DNA from: Macrostomum lignano
Lineage: Eukaryota
Reading direction: 5' to 3'
Assembly: GCA_002269645.1 (NCBI GenBank)
Contig: NIVC01002842.1
Span: 38,981 to 102,980 of the forward strand
Length of the DNA stretch: 64,000 nt
Shown: one piece after another, positions 1 to 13,344 of the stretch
Numbering within the stretch: position 1 is the stretch's first letter
Layout of the letters: each line of letters begins with the position of its first letter
Program-made: the position numbers and the translations under genes
The notes under the pieces: model-generated
The model's input: the letters and a program-made list of their open reading frames with translations, nothing else
The model's database searches: none
Told to the model about the DNA's origin: nothing

Positions 1-1199
1 TTTGTACTTTTAACTCTCAGATCGGGTCTTAGCAGATTCTATAGCTATGCATGCAAGGGCCCCTCAGAGGAGATGCTTAAACACTGCAGTGCATTTTTCC
101 TAGCAATTATTGGGACACGAAGTGTTGGGCCACTGTGTGTGTGTCTAGTTTTTTCAGCATTTGTTAAGTCACCTAAAGAACTCAATTAATAAAGGGCTCC
201 AGAACAAATTGATGGGCAAACGGATGACACACTGCACAGAGACTTGTTGGGACATATTAAAAACAGCTTATTTTAGAATGGGTACACTTTACTAAAGTAG
301 AATGCTCCTACAGAAAGCTGCAAGCAAACTAGCATCTTCTGGAGCTGACATGCAGAGAAGAATGATTTTGTCGTCCTTGAAATCACTAAACAGATATGCG
401 AAATCGATCTTTTGCTAATCCCACCACAGGTTCCAGTGAAAAGAAGAAACGAAACCCATTGACTAAATTGGCAGTCGACTCAATCGATGCCGACTGCAAC
501 GGACCTGTCAGCTTCGAACTCAGGAGAGCAGCTAATAGTCTACGAGAGTAATGCTAGATGCCAGAATGCTTCACAGCATCAAAGTCTTTAAAGCAGAAGC
601 TTCAATGAAAGGTTAGTTCATGCTGTGGCTGCATTCGTTTTCGTGTCTAGAAGCGTTATAACTTTTTGTACTTTTAACTCTCAGATCGGGTCTTAGCAGA
701 TTCTATAGCTATGCATGCAAGGGCCCCTCAGAGGAGATGCTTAAACACTGCAGTGCATTTTTCCTAGCAATTATTGGGACACGAAGTGTTGGGCCACTGT
801 GTGTGTGTCTAGTTTTTTCAGCATTTGTTAAGTCACCTAAAGAACTCAATTAATAAAGGGCTCCAGAACAAATTGATGGGCAAACGGATGACACACTGCA
901 CAGAGACTTGTTGGGACATATTAAAAACAGCTTATTTTAGAATGGGTACACTTTACTAAAGTAGAATGCTCCTACAGAAAGCTGCAAGCAAACTAGCATC
1001 TTCTGGAGCTGACATGCAGAGAAGAATGATTTTGTCGTCCTTGAAATCACTAAACAGATATGCGAAATCGATCTTTTGCTAATCCCACCACAGGTTCCAG
1101 TGAAAAGAAGAAACGAAACCCATTGACTAAATTGGCAGTCGACTCAATCGATGCCGCTGCAACGGACCTGTCAGCTTCGAACTCAGGAGAGCAGCTAAT
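1..1199. repeat. Near-identical direct tandem duplication (copies about 1-536 and 665-1199, period 664)
   Basis: TTTGTACTTTTAACTCTCAGATCGGG occurs at 1 and at 665. The two copies match until about 536/1199, with one 1-bp indel seen. Confidence 0.9.
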
Positions 1200-2532
1200 T
1201 TATAATCTGCAAGTGTAATGCTGGATGCCAGAGTGCTCTAAATAACGAGACTCCTGTTTTCTCACTCGACCGGAATTTGTTGTTTAATCTGCTTAACTAA
1301 TCTCTGCGTTTCAGTTTTTTAGTTTCACTGTCAATTTAGGTTTTTTCCTAAGCGCAAGTGTAATTGAATTTTTTATTCATATTAGTCAGGCATATTGCGT
1401 ACAGCATTATAGCGTATTAGTAAAGGTAAAGGTAAATAGACTGCTTGTAACTAGTTTTTCCTTCATGTGGATTGGCTTCAACGAAGACTTGTATTTCAAG
1501 TAATGCTGAATTCGCTGGACTGAGGACAATATAGTTACACGATGATATGCTATTCCTTCACTTTCAATAGATCATACTATTAGTATGGGACGTGCTTTTT
1601 TATTTCAATGTATGCTTTTTTTCATCATTTAAATACTAAAAATACTTAATAGGTCATTGCACTGTGTGTATGTGTGTGTTTTCGTGTGTCAAAAAAAATT
1701 GCAAAATAAGTGCCCACCATTGTATACCGTACCAAAAAGTGCCCGGTGCGTGATTGTGTGTGTGTGTGTGTTTGTCAGGGCTCAAAATTTTATCGCAGGC
1801 TCACACTGGGAGGCTCGCGGCCCCCGCGCTGGGTTGCAGAATTTGAGGAGGCAGGAGAACTCGAAACCAGCATCCCTTCGATACCGAAGCTGTAGCACTT
1901 AACTATACTACATGTATATATCATCTCCATGAAATATGGCCTATATATTGCTACCCAGCAGCTATAATAGGGGATCCGGCCCTCCCCTCTCAACCCCTTC
2001 TCTTTCTCGAATTTTAAATCGAAGGGACATCTGGGCTGTGCGAGAGAGCGCTGTCTGAGTGAGGGCTTGAGAATGAGCAGGCTGGTAGAACTAGGGGGGG
2101 GGGGGGCAATGGAGGCACGCGCGAGAACTGCCAGTATAATATATATATATACATATACGTATAAAAAATCAAAACGATCCCCCCTCCATGGCACAAATAA
2201 TATGACACACTTTGCTTTTATTCCCGCATCCCATCTGCAAAATTGATGAAGGAAGAAAAGAAAGAATTAGAGATATAAAAAGCTATATAAGCATGCCGAA
2301 TAAAAACCTCTTCCTGCCCTCCTTTATTTCTGATGACTGTTTTTTATCCACACAGTTTAGAGGATAAAAAAACTACTCAACGAAATCCCCCTTTTGAGCC
2401 TGGGTTGGAGTTGGACTTGCGGCAATTTAATCATTTTCTTTCAGAGCCTCAGAGGATAACGGCTGGTCACGTGACATGAATGTTGCATTGGATAAACATG
2501 ACAGCTCACCTGTGGCATTGTTTATCAATTAT

Positions 2533-2807
<275 letters not shown>

Positions 2808-3373
2808 CCAGCCTTCAAGCCGGAAACCCCAAACCGCAGTCTCAGTCCCAAAAAACTCCCTTCTCACATGCAGAAGCGGCACCCCATGCCGGAAATGCCA
2901 GCTCCGCATCCGCATTCGCTGCTCGTGCCGCAGTCGTAAAAAATCCCAGTAAAGAAACTGTCGCCTAAAAGAAGTATCGAAAGCATTAATTGGGACAGGT
3001 TTTTACAACCTGACTAGTCCTGACCAATGGTTTACCTAACCCTCCTCGTCAAACGGCAAACAAAACAGGTTTAGAAGCCGATGTATTTCGACTGCCATAC
3101 AGAACAGTTTCGATACAAGTTCAGTTTTCAACCCTTCGTGGCTGCAGTCGTTTTTTTACTTCAAAGCTAAACTTTCAACTGAAATCACAATTTATGATTA
3201 TGACATCAATTTTTGCGCTGAAATTGTAACGAAACAATCTTCGGAATGCCGGACAGAATTTACAGTGGATGCGCTCACTGTCTGCAGAATCGGATTTCTT
3301 ACTTTGGGCAGCTTCACTAACAGCCATTCACAATCCAATTAATAGAACGTGGGAATGGGAGAAGGCCCTAATC

Positions 3374-3957
3374 TTCACAATATCCGAACCATTCACAATA
3401 TCCGAACCATTTACAAAATCCGAACCATTTACAAAATCCGAACCATTCACAATATCCGAACCATTCACAATATCCGAACCATTCACAATATCCGAACCAT
3501 TCACAATATCCGAACCATTCACAATATCCGAACCATTTACAAAATCCGAACCATTTACAAAATCCGAACCATTCACAATATCCGAACCATTCACAATATC
3601 CGAGCCTTCACAATATCCGAACCATTCACAATATCCGAGCCTTCACAATATCCGAACCATTCACAATATCCGAACCATTTACAAAATCCAAACTATTCAC
3701 AATATCCGAACCATTCACAATATCCGAGCCTTCACAATATCCGAACCATTCACAATATCCGAGCCTTCACAATATCCGAACCATTCACAATATCCGAACC
3801 ATTCACAATATCCGAACCATTCACAATATCCGAACCCTTCACAATATCCGAACCATTCACAATATCCGAACTATTCACAATATCCGAACCATTCACAATA
3901 TCCGAACCATTCACAATATCCGAACCATTCACAATATCATAGCCTTAACAATATCCG
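3374..3957. repeat. 18-bp minisatellite TTCACAATATCCGAACCA (with 17-bp variants)
   Basis: About 32 tandem units. Confidence 0.95.
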
Positions 3958-5760
3958 TCCGTACCTTCGCAGCATCCGCAATACATATTTCAATAACCAG
4001 CCAATATTTTGAGCAAAGCATGCCTATATGAACATGAATTCCATCGGTTGGCAACAAAGTTTCTAATATCTCAATGCTTTTAAGCAGTTTTTTCATGTTT
4101 AAGGCGTAGGTCAATGCAATACAATGGTAAACCGCCTCAACCGATTAAGGCAGCCACGTGTCCGTTGAAATTTCTCGGTTGCAGCTCTGAGGGACAAATG
4201 ACGGCTCCGAGGGCACGCGCCACTCGCTAAAAAGACAGACAGACAGACGGACAGGGCCCGGCAGATGGTCAGTGAAGATTTTCAAGTCCAGGGAAATAAT
4301 GGATTTGAACTTGCGCAGGGAATTCCGCCACTTTCTACGAGCTGCATGACTGCCCGGCACCCTCGCTCCGTTACTCCAGCTCGAGACTCCGAGAAGCGTT
4401 CTCAAACCCATCCCCGTGTCCGCGCTCCGAGCTCCCACCGAGCTGGGCGGGAGACGAGGCCGATTACGCAATCTGTCAAGCATTTCCCCCGGCCCCACCC
4501 ACCAAGACTGCGGCGGACTGCAATCATGGCGCACCCCCCAGATGGCCAGGCTCATAACTATTGCACAGTATAGGAATTCATATAAAGCTACATGAATCGG
4601 TGAGTGCATTCCTTGATTCGGTGCCTATCTATAAATCTATATCTATCTGCTAAACAGCCTGCAGACTCAATAAATAATGACTCCTGGGAATCTCATTTAG
4701 ATCTAGATGTAGACATTTATTTCAATATCAGAATTTCCAAGTCTCCGAAGATAGTTGGTTATACATGTACAATGAGTAAGACGCGACACACGTGGACAAA
4801 TTCCCATAGAGCTCGGTCTCACAGTTCTCATTCCATAGGCTGCTTGCGGGCTTATGATAAAGGCAAACATAAGAGCAGACAGACAGACAAGTCAATTTTG
4901 TCCCAATGCCGTATGACTATGGCGGCAAGACTGACAGGGGAATAAGTTTGAGTTGAGATGCTGGCCTCATGCATCCCAGCTGTGCGGGTTGTGTTTCCGT
5001 AAAGCAAACAGCTACAGCCCCCGTGTCAATGCTGGGCTCATCATGTGAGGCTTTTGAGCATTCAGCCGCGACCTCTGTTTGATCCCGTTTATTTAGGGCT
5101 GTCACCAAACCCCAAGGCACAGTGAGTGTAAGCAGGAGTCAGCGGATGTCCTGAATCTCAACACTTGCAGTCGAGATTTACAAAGAATGATTCGTTGCTC
5201 AAATTCTAAATAAGCCAATTATTTAAAAGCGGAAAGATACCCGGAAATTGTTGAACAAGCAAGCTCAGGAAACACCACCAAGAATGCCTGAATAATATAA
5301 CCGGTTTAATTCCTTGTCACGAAAGGCCAATGGCAGAAATTAATTAAAGGAAAAGAATTTTGCTTGCACGAAAGAAATTGTATCGAAATTGGTCCCCGCT
5401 ACAGCCTGCCGCCACGCGTGCGGACCCATTGGGAATCTGGAATTTCTCATTGGAGCGAATCGACTAAAAAATCTGCAATCTCAAATGCCTTCACTGGGGG
5501 CAGCGAGCTCGGAAGGGGAAGGAATCTCAACTCAACGCAACTGCAGAAGTGGCCTTGGAACAGAATAATAGAAGAATGGAAAGAGGCTTGCGACACGCGC
5601 CATTCGCAAGCACAAGAGGCACTGAATTCAATGCCCATTTTAATAAAGCAAAGCCAAGGAGAACTAGAAGGAGAATCTGGAGCATAAAAACAGGTAAACA
5701 GAGCTGGGCAAAAACAGGTTTTAGTGCCCAGATTACTACAAATTCCCGAGGGTTAAGACC

Positions 5761-6533
5761 CAAAGAGAGAGGAGCGGATTCCGGGGGTGAAGATCAAAGA
5801 GGGGGGCGGATTCCGGGGTGAAGATCAAAGAGAGGAGCGGATTCCGGGGGTGAAGATCAAAGAGGGGGGCGGATTCCGGGGATGAAGATCAAAGAGGGGG
5901 GCGGATTCCGGGGGTGAAGATCAAAGAGAGGAGCGGATTCCGGGGGTGAAGATGTCATGATGGCTAATTATGTGGAGCACAATGTTATTTAGTTGTCAGT
6001 CAATGAGAGTTTAGGGGCATGGTCGTGCTTGCGGCCAAGCCAAATCGAGCGCTTGTATTTTGGAACTGAAAGAAGGCATACACACTGAAAGATGGTATTG
6101 ATATACTCGCTTACAACTCGAAGGATTAACAAAGTTTGGACATAGACATAGTTTAAGCACATACGTATTGGCTGCATTAACGGATCATAAGGCATAACAG
6201 AAGATCAAAGAGAGGAGCGGATTCCGGGGGTGAAGATCAAAGAGGGGGGCGGATTCCGGGGGTGAAGATCAAAGAGGGGGGTGGATTCCGGGGGTGAAGA
6301 TCAAAGAGGGGGCGGATTCCGGGGGTGAAGATCAAAGAGAGGAGCGGATTCCGAGGGTGAAGATCAAAGAGGGGGGCGGATTCCGGGGGTGAAGATCAAA
6401 GAGAGGAGCGGATTCCGGGGGTGAAGATCAAAGAGGGGGGCGGATTCCAGGGTGAAGACCCAAGAGGGGGCGGATTCCTGGGGTGAAGACCCAAGAGGGG
6501 GCAGATTCCGGGGGTGAAGACCCAAGAGGGGGC
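5761..6533. repeat. About 30-bp G-rich minisatellite GAAGATCAAAGAGGGGGGCGGATTCCGGGGGT, split by a solo LTR
   Basis: Units at 5761-5952 and 6200-6533. Confidence 0.92.
5953..6199. mobile_element. Solo LTR (247 bp) with 5-bp target-site duplication
   Basis: Starts TGTCATG and ends CATAACA (TG...CA, 6/7 terminal inverted match). Flanked by GAAGA at 5948-5952 and 6200-6204; removing it restores a repeat unit. Confidence 0.85.
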
Positions 6534-7030
6534 AAAGCAGAAATCTGTGTGGGGGTTGAGCCACTCCAGACTCTAGTTTTTAGCTCTCTTTGAAGCAGAA
6601 GCCCAAAAGCGGGGAAGGGTGGAACAAAGACTTTGCCTGGCTCCTTCAATCCTATACATCAGGGGAAAAAATCGGGCAACTCTGAACTCATTAAATTTCT
6701 CAAGCGGAACAACAGACAGGGCTGTATGGCTGGCTGGCTGTATAGGAAATGGCGAACAACCCCGATTTGAATAATTCATGAGAGCTGGGGGGCCCGGCCC
6801 CGAATTGAATCCTGATCGATTCCCAGTTTCATTGAGTGATTTATTAGCATTGAATACTGCTAGGGCTGAGCCTGCCAGTGTAGGAAATACAATACAGGGC
6901 AGGGCAGTTCCGCTGACCGGAGCAGTGCGGGCTTGCAGACTGTTTACTTAGAAACACCTGTATAGATGTTCAGGTAAATTCGTTGCATTTTGCATAGGCG
7001 AAGGAACTGGGGTTGGCGGCGTCCGCCAGA

Positions 7031-8080
7031 GTGGGAAAGGCGATTCTCTTGTGGGATGTGGAAGGGCGATGATTGTCTTGTGGGATGTGGAAGGGCGATT
7101 GATTGTCTTGTGGGATGTGGAAGGGCGATTGATTGTCTTGTGGGATGTGGAAGGGCGATAGTTTGTCTTGTGGGATGTGGAAGGGCGATAGTTTGTCTTG
7201 TGGGATGTGGAAGGGCGATGATTGTCTTGTGGGATGTGGAAGGGCGATTGATTCTCTTGTGGGATGTGGAAGGGCGATTGATTGTCTTGTGGGATGTGGA
7301 AGGGCGATGATTGTCTTGTGGGATGTGGAAGGGCGATATTTTGTCTTGTGGGATGTGGAAGGGCGATAGTTTGTCTTGTGGGATGTGGAAGGGCGATTGA
7401 TTGTCTTGTGGGATGTGGAAGGGCGATATTTTGTCTTGTGGGATGTGGAAGGGCGATATTTTGTCTTGTGGGATGTGGAAGGGCGATTGTTTGTCTTGTG
7501 GGATGTGGAAGGGCGATTGTTTGTCTTGTGGGATGAGGAAGGGCGATTGATTCTCTTGTGGGATGTGGAAGGGCGATTGATTGTCTTGTGGGATGTGGAA
7601 GGGCGATTGATTGTCTTGTGGGATGTGGAAGGGCGATTGATTGTCTTGTGAGATATGGAAGGGCGATTGTCTTGTGGGATGTGGAAGGGCGATTGATTCT
7701 CTTGTGGGATGTGGAAGGGCGATTGATTGTCTTGTGGGATGAGGAAGGGCGATTCTCTTGTGGGATGTGGAAGGGCGATTGATTGTCTTGTGGGATGTGG
7801 AAGGGCGATTGATTGTCTTGTGGGATGTGGAAGGGCGATTGATTGTCTTGTGAGATATGGAAGGGCGATTGTCTTGTGGGATGTGGAAGGGCGATTTATT
7901 CTCTTGTGGGATGTGGAAGGGCGATTGTCTTGTGGGATGTGGAAGGGCGATTGATTGTCTTGTGAGATATGGAAGGGCGATTGTCTTGTGGGATGTGGAA
8001 GGGCGATTGATTCTCTTGTGGGATGTGGAAGGGCGATTGTCTTGTGGGATGTGGAAGGGCGATTCTCTTGTGGGATGTGG
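7031..8080. repeat. 26-30-bp minisatellite TTGTCTTGTGGGATGTGGAAGGGCGATTGA
   Basis: About 36 tandem units. Confidence 0.95.
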
Positions 8081-9329
8081 ACGATAATCTGTCTGATAAA
8101 GTGCTATCACCCAAACCACACAGTAAGCATAGTCTGTACTAAAAAACGTTAAAAGCTGTCGAACTGAATTAAATAAAGTTCAACTGTTTGAAATGCACAT
8201 TTCATACTACTGCATAAAAGTGAAGTAGTAAAGGTAGAATCGTTATAAGCAGAATAGATAAAACAGAATGACACAAATTTGCCGTTGAACACGAGCCTTA
8301 CCTGGCTTCAGCAGAGTAGATTAAAACTACTGGGGCTGTTAGCGATGAGCTCAAAAGTGCAAGTAGATTGAGTCAAGCTTCTAAGAAGATAAACTGTAAT
8401 TAATAATTCAGATAGCAGCTTATAGTCAGTTTGTACGGGTGGAAAAATTAAGACAGCCATGCTGACCGCAAAGGTCTATAATTAAAAAGATATTTCTATG
8501 TTAAGGGCCTTTCAAACATTTTTACACGATGTCACATAATAATGCAGAATATGGGGATTGACAATGGTATATCCTTGGCAAAACATGAGGTAGGCTTCCT
8601 AGGTCTCAGGTCTGGATAAATATGAGCTAGAGACATACCCAAATGCATCATGCTACTCGAATAACAGTAGTATAAAAAACTTTCTTGCAAATATCTAATT
8701 TACACATCACAATAATATACTTTATTTTTATTAGATACCAGACTATAATTTTACAAAAAACTAATTACTACTTAAAATAGCCATCCAGTGAGTAGTATAT
8801 ACTTGACTACAACTAGGATACTACCACATAAAGATAAAGTACATGGAATAGTTGCATCTTTCATAATAAATGCTCGATTTTTGCTCCTGATATAATAGTT
8901 AATATATGTGGGGGACTCTACTGATGAGTACTATCTAAAGAAATATTCAAACTTTCAGTTTTACAATGCCTAAACTGCTGTTAAACACAGCACTTGATCA
9001 GAGCCAGTTGAAGGTACCTTGGTAGTTTTTTCGGTACTCTTATAGGTCCCTTAATAAATACTAAAATTAATAATTGGCAACCCTTAACAGAGCCTGGCAT
9101 ACTCGTACCATCGAAACTTGCTTATTGACCAGCTCCCAGTAGGCTGCCCCATGAGCATGTTCAGAGCAGCGAAGACTAATGGCTGCATCTTCATCTGGTA
9201 CAACTCAAAGAAGAGCAGCTGGAGCTTGCACAAGCTTCTGCCAAACCTGAATTGGCCTGAGAAGCACAGTAAACTCACCTTTGTCAGCGAGGGCAAATTT
9301 CAAAAAGCCAGCAGGACCAAGTAACAGAT

Positions 9330-11050
9330 TTGGCCATTCAAAGGAAGAAAAGTCTCTTTCTGCAAGCAGACTAAATGCCTAGGGATTATCCTAGACCACA
9401 GGTTGAACTGGTCACCCCACGTACAAGCAAAAGCCAAGATGGCCATTGCAATCAGCTGCACAAGGTCATTGAACACCACCTGGGGGCTCACCCCAAGTGC
9501 CTCTGGTAGATCTACACTGCAATGGTCAGGCCTACATGCTCAGATGGCAGCCTGATCTGGGCTAGTGCTCTGCAGATGAAGACCTGCCTAGAGACTCTCG
9601 GGAGAATGCAAGGGCGCACATGCTGCATGATCTGGGCTAGTGCTCTGCAGATGAAGACCTGCCTAGAGACTATCAGGAGACTGCAAGGGCGTACATGCTG
9701 CCTGATCTGGGCTAGTGCTCTGCAGATGAAGACCTGCCTAGAGACTCTCAGGAGAATGCAAGGGCGCACATGCTGCATGATCTGGGCTAGTGCTCTGCAG
9801 ATGAAGACCTGCCTAGAGACTCTCAGGAGACTGCAAGGGCGTACATGCTGCCTGATCTGGGCTAGTGCTCTGCAGATGAAGACCTGCCTAGAGACTCTCG
9901 GGAGAATGCAAGGGCGCACATGCTGCCTGATCTGGGCTAGTGCTCTGCAGATGAAGACCTGCCTAGAGACTCTCAGGAGACTGCAAGGGCGCACATGCTG
10001 CATGATCTGGGCTAGTGCTCTGCAGATGAAGACCTGCCTAGAGACTCTCAGGAGACTGCCAGGGCGCACATGCTGCCTGATCTGGGCTAGTGCTCTGCAG
10101 ATGAAGACCTGCCTAGAGACTCTCAGGAGAATGCAAGGGCGCACATGCTGCATGATCTGGGCTAGTGCTCTGCAGATGAAGACCTGCCTAGAGACTCTCA
10201 GGAGAATGCAAGGGCGCACATGCTGCATGATCTGGGCTAGTGCTCTGCAGATGAAGACCTGCCTAGAGACTCTCAGGAGACTGCAAGGGCGCACATGCTG
10301 CCTGATCTGGGCTAGTGCTCTGCAGATGAAGACCTGCCTAGAGACTCTCAGCAGAATGCAAGGGCGCACATGCTGCATGATCTTGGGTGCCCCCCCCCTA
10401 TCTGCTCCATATGATGACCTCAATGCCTTCTTTAACATTCCCCCGCTGGACATCTTTGTCCACAGGGAAGCTGGCAAGACTGCCTGTCATTTTATTGATG
10501 TCAGCACATTCGTTTCCAAAACTATAGGGCCATGGCTAAGTGCAAGATCTTGCCTCATGCTGACCTCTGCCTCAGACTTCAGAGATGGTGGCCAGTTCCA
10601 CATCTTATATGTGCTAAGAGTGCTACAAGGTCACCACCCCCCCTCAATAGATGCTGCCACTGACCACTGGAACTTTTAGGAGGTCCACTGTTACACATAG
10701 ATCTATCAAAGATGGCTATACTAGCTTTGGGAGTCTACATCATTGTGAATGGCTATATTATTGCTGCATATGTCTAGCACACTGGCAAACCCTCCACAGT
10801 CTTCTAGAATAGTCTGCGATTAGCTTTTGCACTGCAAAGCTAAATGCCAAAGGTATGAGAAGAGAGACTATTGTTATCCATTCTAAAAGCCAAGTGGCCT
10901 TATAGACCCTCAGTTGCACTACTATAAACTCTTGGACAATTGCTAACTATACCTAGTACCTAGCAGCTCAACCTCTTGTCCAATAGCAATACTGTTAGGC
11001 TGAAGTAGATCTCAAGGCACATAGGGTTTCTAAGGAACAAGTTGATAGAT
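9330..11050 (+). mobile_element. Degenerate non-LTR retrotransposon ORF2 relic (RT C-terminus plus RNase H; LOA/R1/Tad-like)
   Basis: Translations LGIILDHRLNWSPHV, MVRPTCSDGSLIW...MQGRTCCMILGA...FNIPPLDIFVHREA resemble the RT thumb region of this LINE group. A broken RNase H follows (CYT.., HTGKPSTVF*N, IVIHS.SQ.AL, LK*I..HIG), with stops and frameshifts. Confidence 0.75.
9553..10383. repeat. 75-bp tandem repeat, 11 copies, inside the LINE relic
   Basis: Unit starts TGATCTGGGC at 9553, 9628 ... 10303 and encodes a 25-aa in-frame repeat. Confidence 0.97.
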
Positions 11051-13344
11051 AGGGATGGTTCTAACAATTACTAAATCAATGACTAGGCTAATTCCCTCCC
11101 CTATTGGAATAAGTTGACAAAACATGGACTGTCCATTGCATTTTCAGATTCTCCTGGTATTGCGTCGTGCGACAATGGTATCAAGTTTTATGTTGCGTCG
11201 CGCAACAATGCCATCTAGCATTATGTCACATTGCGGCTGCCCAACACTGTGGCAACCTAGTGTCATCATGTGTTGCATTGTGGCCTGGATCTGCAACCAA
11301 AACCTCGCAAACTGCATTTCATTGTAATCTGTTCACAGTTGTTTCTTAATATTTAAATGTTTGAAACATGTTTGATAATAACTAGTTCTTGAATTGTTTT
11401 TTTATTTTGACAATAAAGTAACTATTACTTCAAATATAATTTTTTAAAATGTTACTTGTTAGTTACAATGCATGCACTGTTTTTCTAACTGCTGTACCTT
11501 TGTTGTTTTACTTTTTATTGTTTTTAAAAGTTCATTTCTTTTTCTACGAAATTGAAAGGAATATTCTTGTCCCCCACCCCATGGTCTCAGTCTCTGGAGT
11601 GAACAACAGAATGGGAATTGTCAATTTAAGCGAATGCTTGATACCTTGATTTTGTCCCCCTCCCAGTCATTCGGTCAATAGACATTGGTGTCGCGTCGCC
11701 CTTTTGAAGGCACAATTTTGGTCGCGCGTCTGCAGGTTTTTGAAACTTTTTCCAATAGGGATTCCTTCTATAGAGCCTCTATGTTGATAATAGGCTATTA
11801 TGATGATAAGTCATCATTTTAGAAACAAAAAATATTTTATTCCCAAATAGAAGATTCAATAAGTGTCATAATCTAAAATATGTCATTCATGATAGTAGAA
11901 TTTTCTAATATGCATTCAATTTGGCAAGAATTCTATAATACATATATAAAGTTCTAGCATGCTTTCCAGTATGCATTGAAATTGATCCAGAAAATGGAGT
12001 GAGTGATCATTTTAGTGACAGGATAGTTTATTTGTCTGTTTTACTTTTATTATATTTTTAAAATATAAGATTTCAATATAAATGTCAATAGGCCTATTAA
12101 ATAAGAATTATATAATAAGATAAAATTTGTTTGTTATAGAAATGACTGTTAACTTTTTTATCAAATCGCCTAGCTATAAAATTAACAATATTAAACAGAA
12201 ACTTGTGCACAACACTAGTTCAAGAAGTGAGGCTTAAGAAACAATCCACATATACTAAATACAGTTTCTAAATAGCAATTAAATAAACTGTACAAATATT
12301 TGCTACAAATTTTGTATATTTATAATAAATTATTAAGACTATATTATACAGCACAATATGTCTCCTATCGGTCAACTCTAAAAAATTAAAATAGACATTA
12401 ATCGATTTTGCTAAGCGTCGTTATATTTATGAATAAAAATAAAATTACACATACATAGATAGGAAATCTAATATCAAACTGGTAGTTTAAAGTTAGTAGT
12501 AGCCTATGTGGGCGATTGGCGGCAATATTTTTTAAAATATTAATTTCCAATATAGAAGTAGATTGTAGTGCGGAAATATAATTAGTACATAGCTCAAAAG
12601 CAACTGAATGTCGTCCATTTGACATACAGGAAATTTTAAGATCTTGGAAAGTATAGATATCGTAGAAAATTATTGCTTTGAAATTTGCTTTTTCGCTTTA
12701 ACAAAAGTTACAGACAAAAAGTATTTTTGCAATACATACTATTATTACCGCCATCTAAATTTTGCGCATGTTTTAAAAATTACAATAATTTTAGAATCAA
12801 TGTGCAATTAAATAATGACACGCGTGCACGCTTGAGTAGTGTGACATGCTGTGTCCAGGATTCGAGTCGAGTCGGAGAGAACCCCTTTGCATTGCATGGA
12901 GCCCTTCAAATAGATTGCTGGGCTGATATCATGACTTGGCCTAAAGTCAATAACTATGTTTTCACAATAACTAATATATCTTTTTTCTTATTAGTCTAAT
13001 TAGTTTAGTTATAAAATATATCCGGGACTATAGTATAGAAAAAATTTTTGCTATTTTTCTATAGTATAATTTCAACTAATTCAAATTGCACTTGTTATTT
13101 ATGCAATATTGTCCTATATAGATAATGCCAATGTTATTTGCCTAGTACCATATAAATGGTATTGCCAATTATTGACATAGTAATTAAAATAAATACTAGT
13201 AGGCCTATTACATATTATAGTACATATAGCTTTGTCTACTTAATATTTAACTATAGGGCCTAATCTATCATTTTGAAGGCAAATATGACATGTCTAATTT
13301 TCAATTTTCATTTAATTCAATATACTCCTCATACTTTGCTAGGT

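Noticed and set aside
4145-5821. Short ORFs of 60-150 aa
   Set aside because: No recognisable domain or consistent splice model.
6944-8152. Many overlapping ORFs of 65-391 aa
   Set aside because: Artefacts of the 30-bp minisatellite.
9553-10383. CRISPR-like reading of the regularly spaced repeats, here and in the other arrays
   Set aside because: Units are head-to-tail with no unique spacers, there are no cas genes, and the context is eukaryotic.
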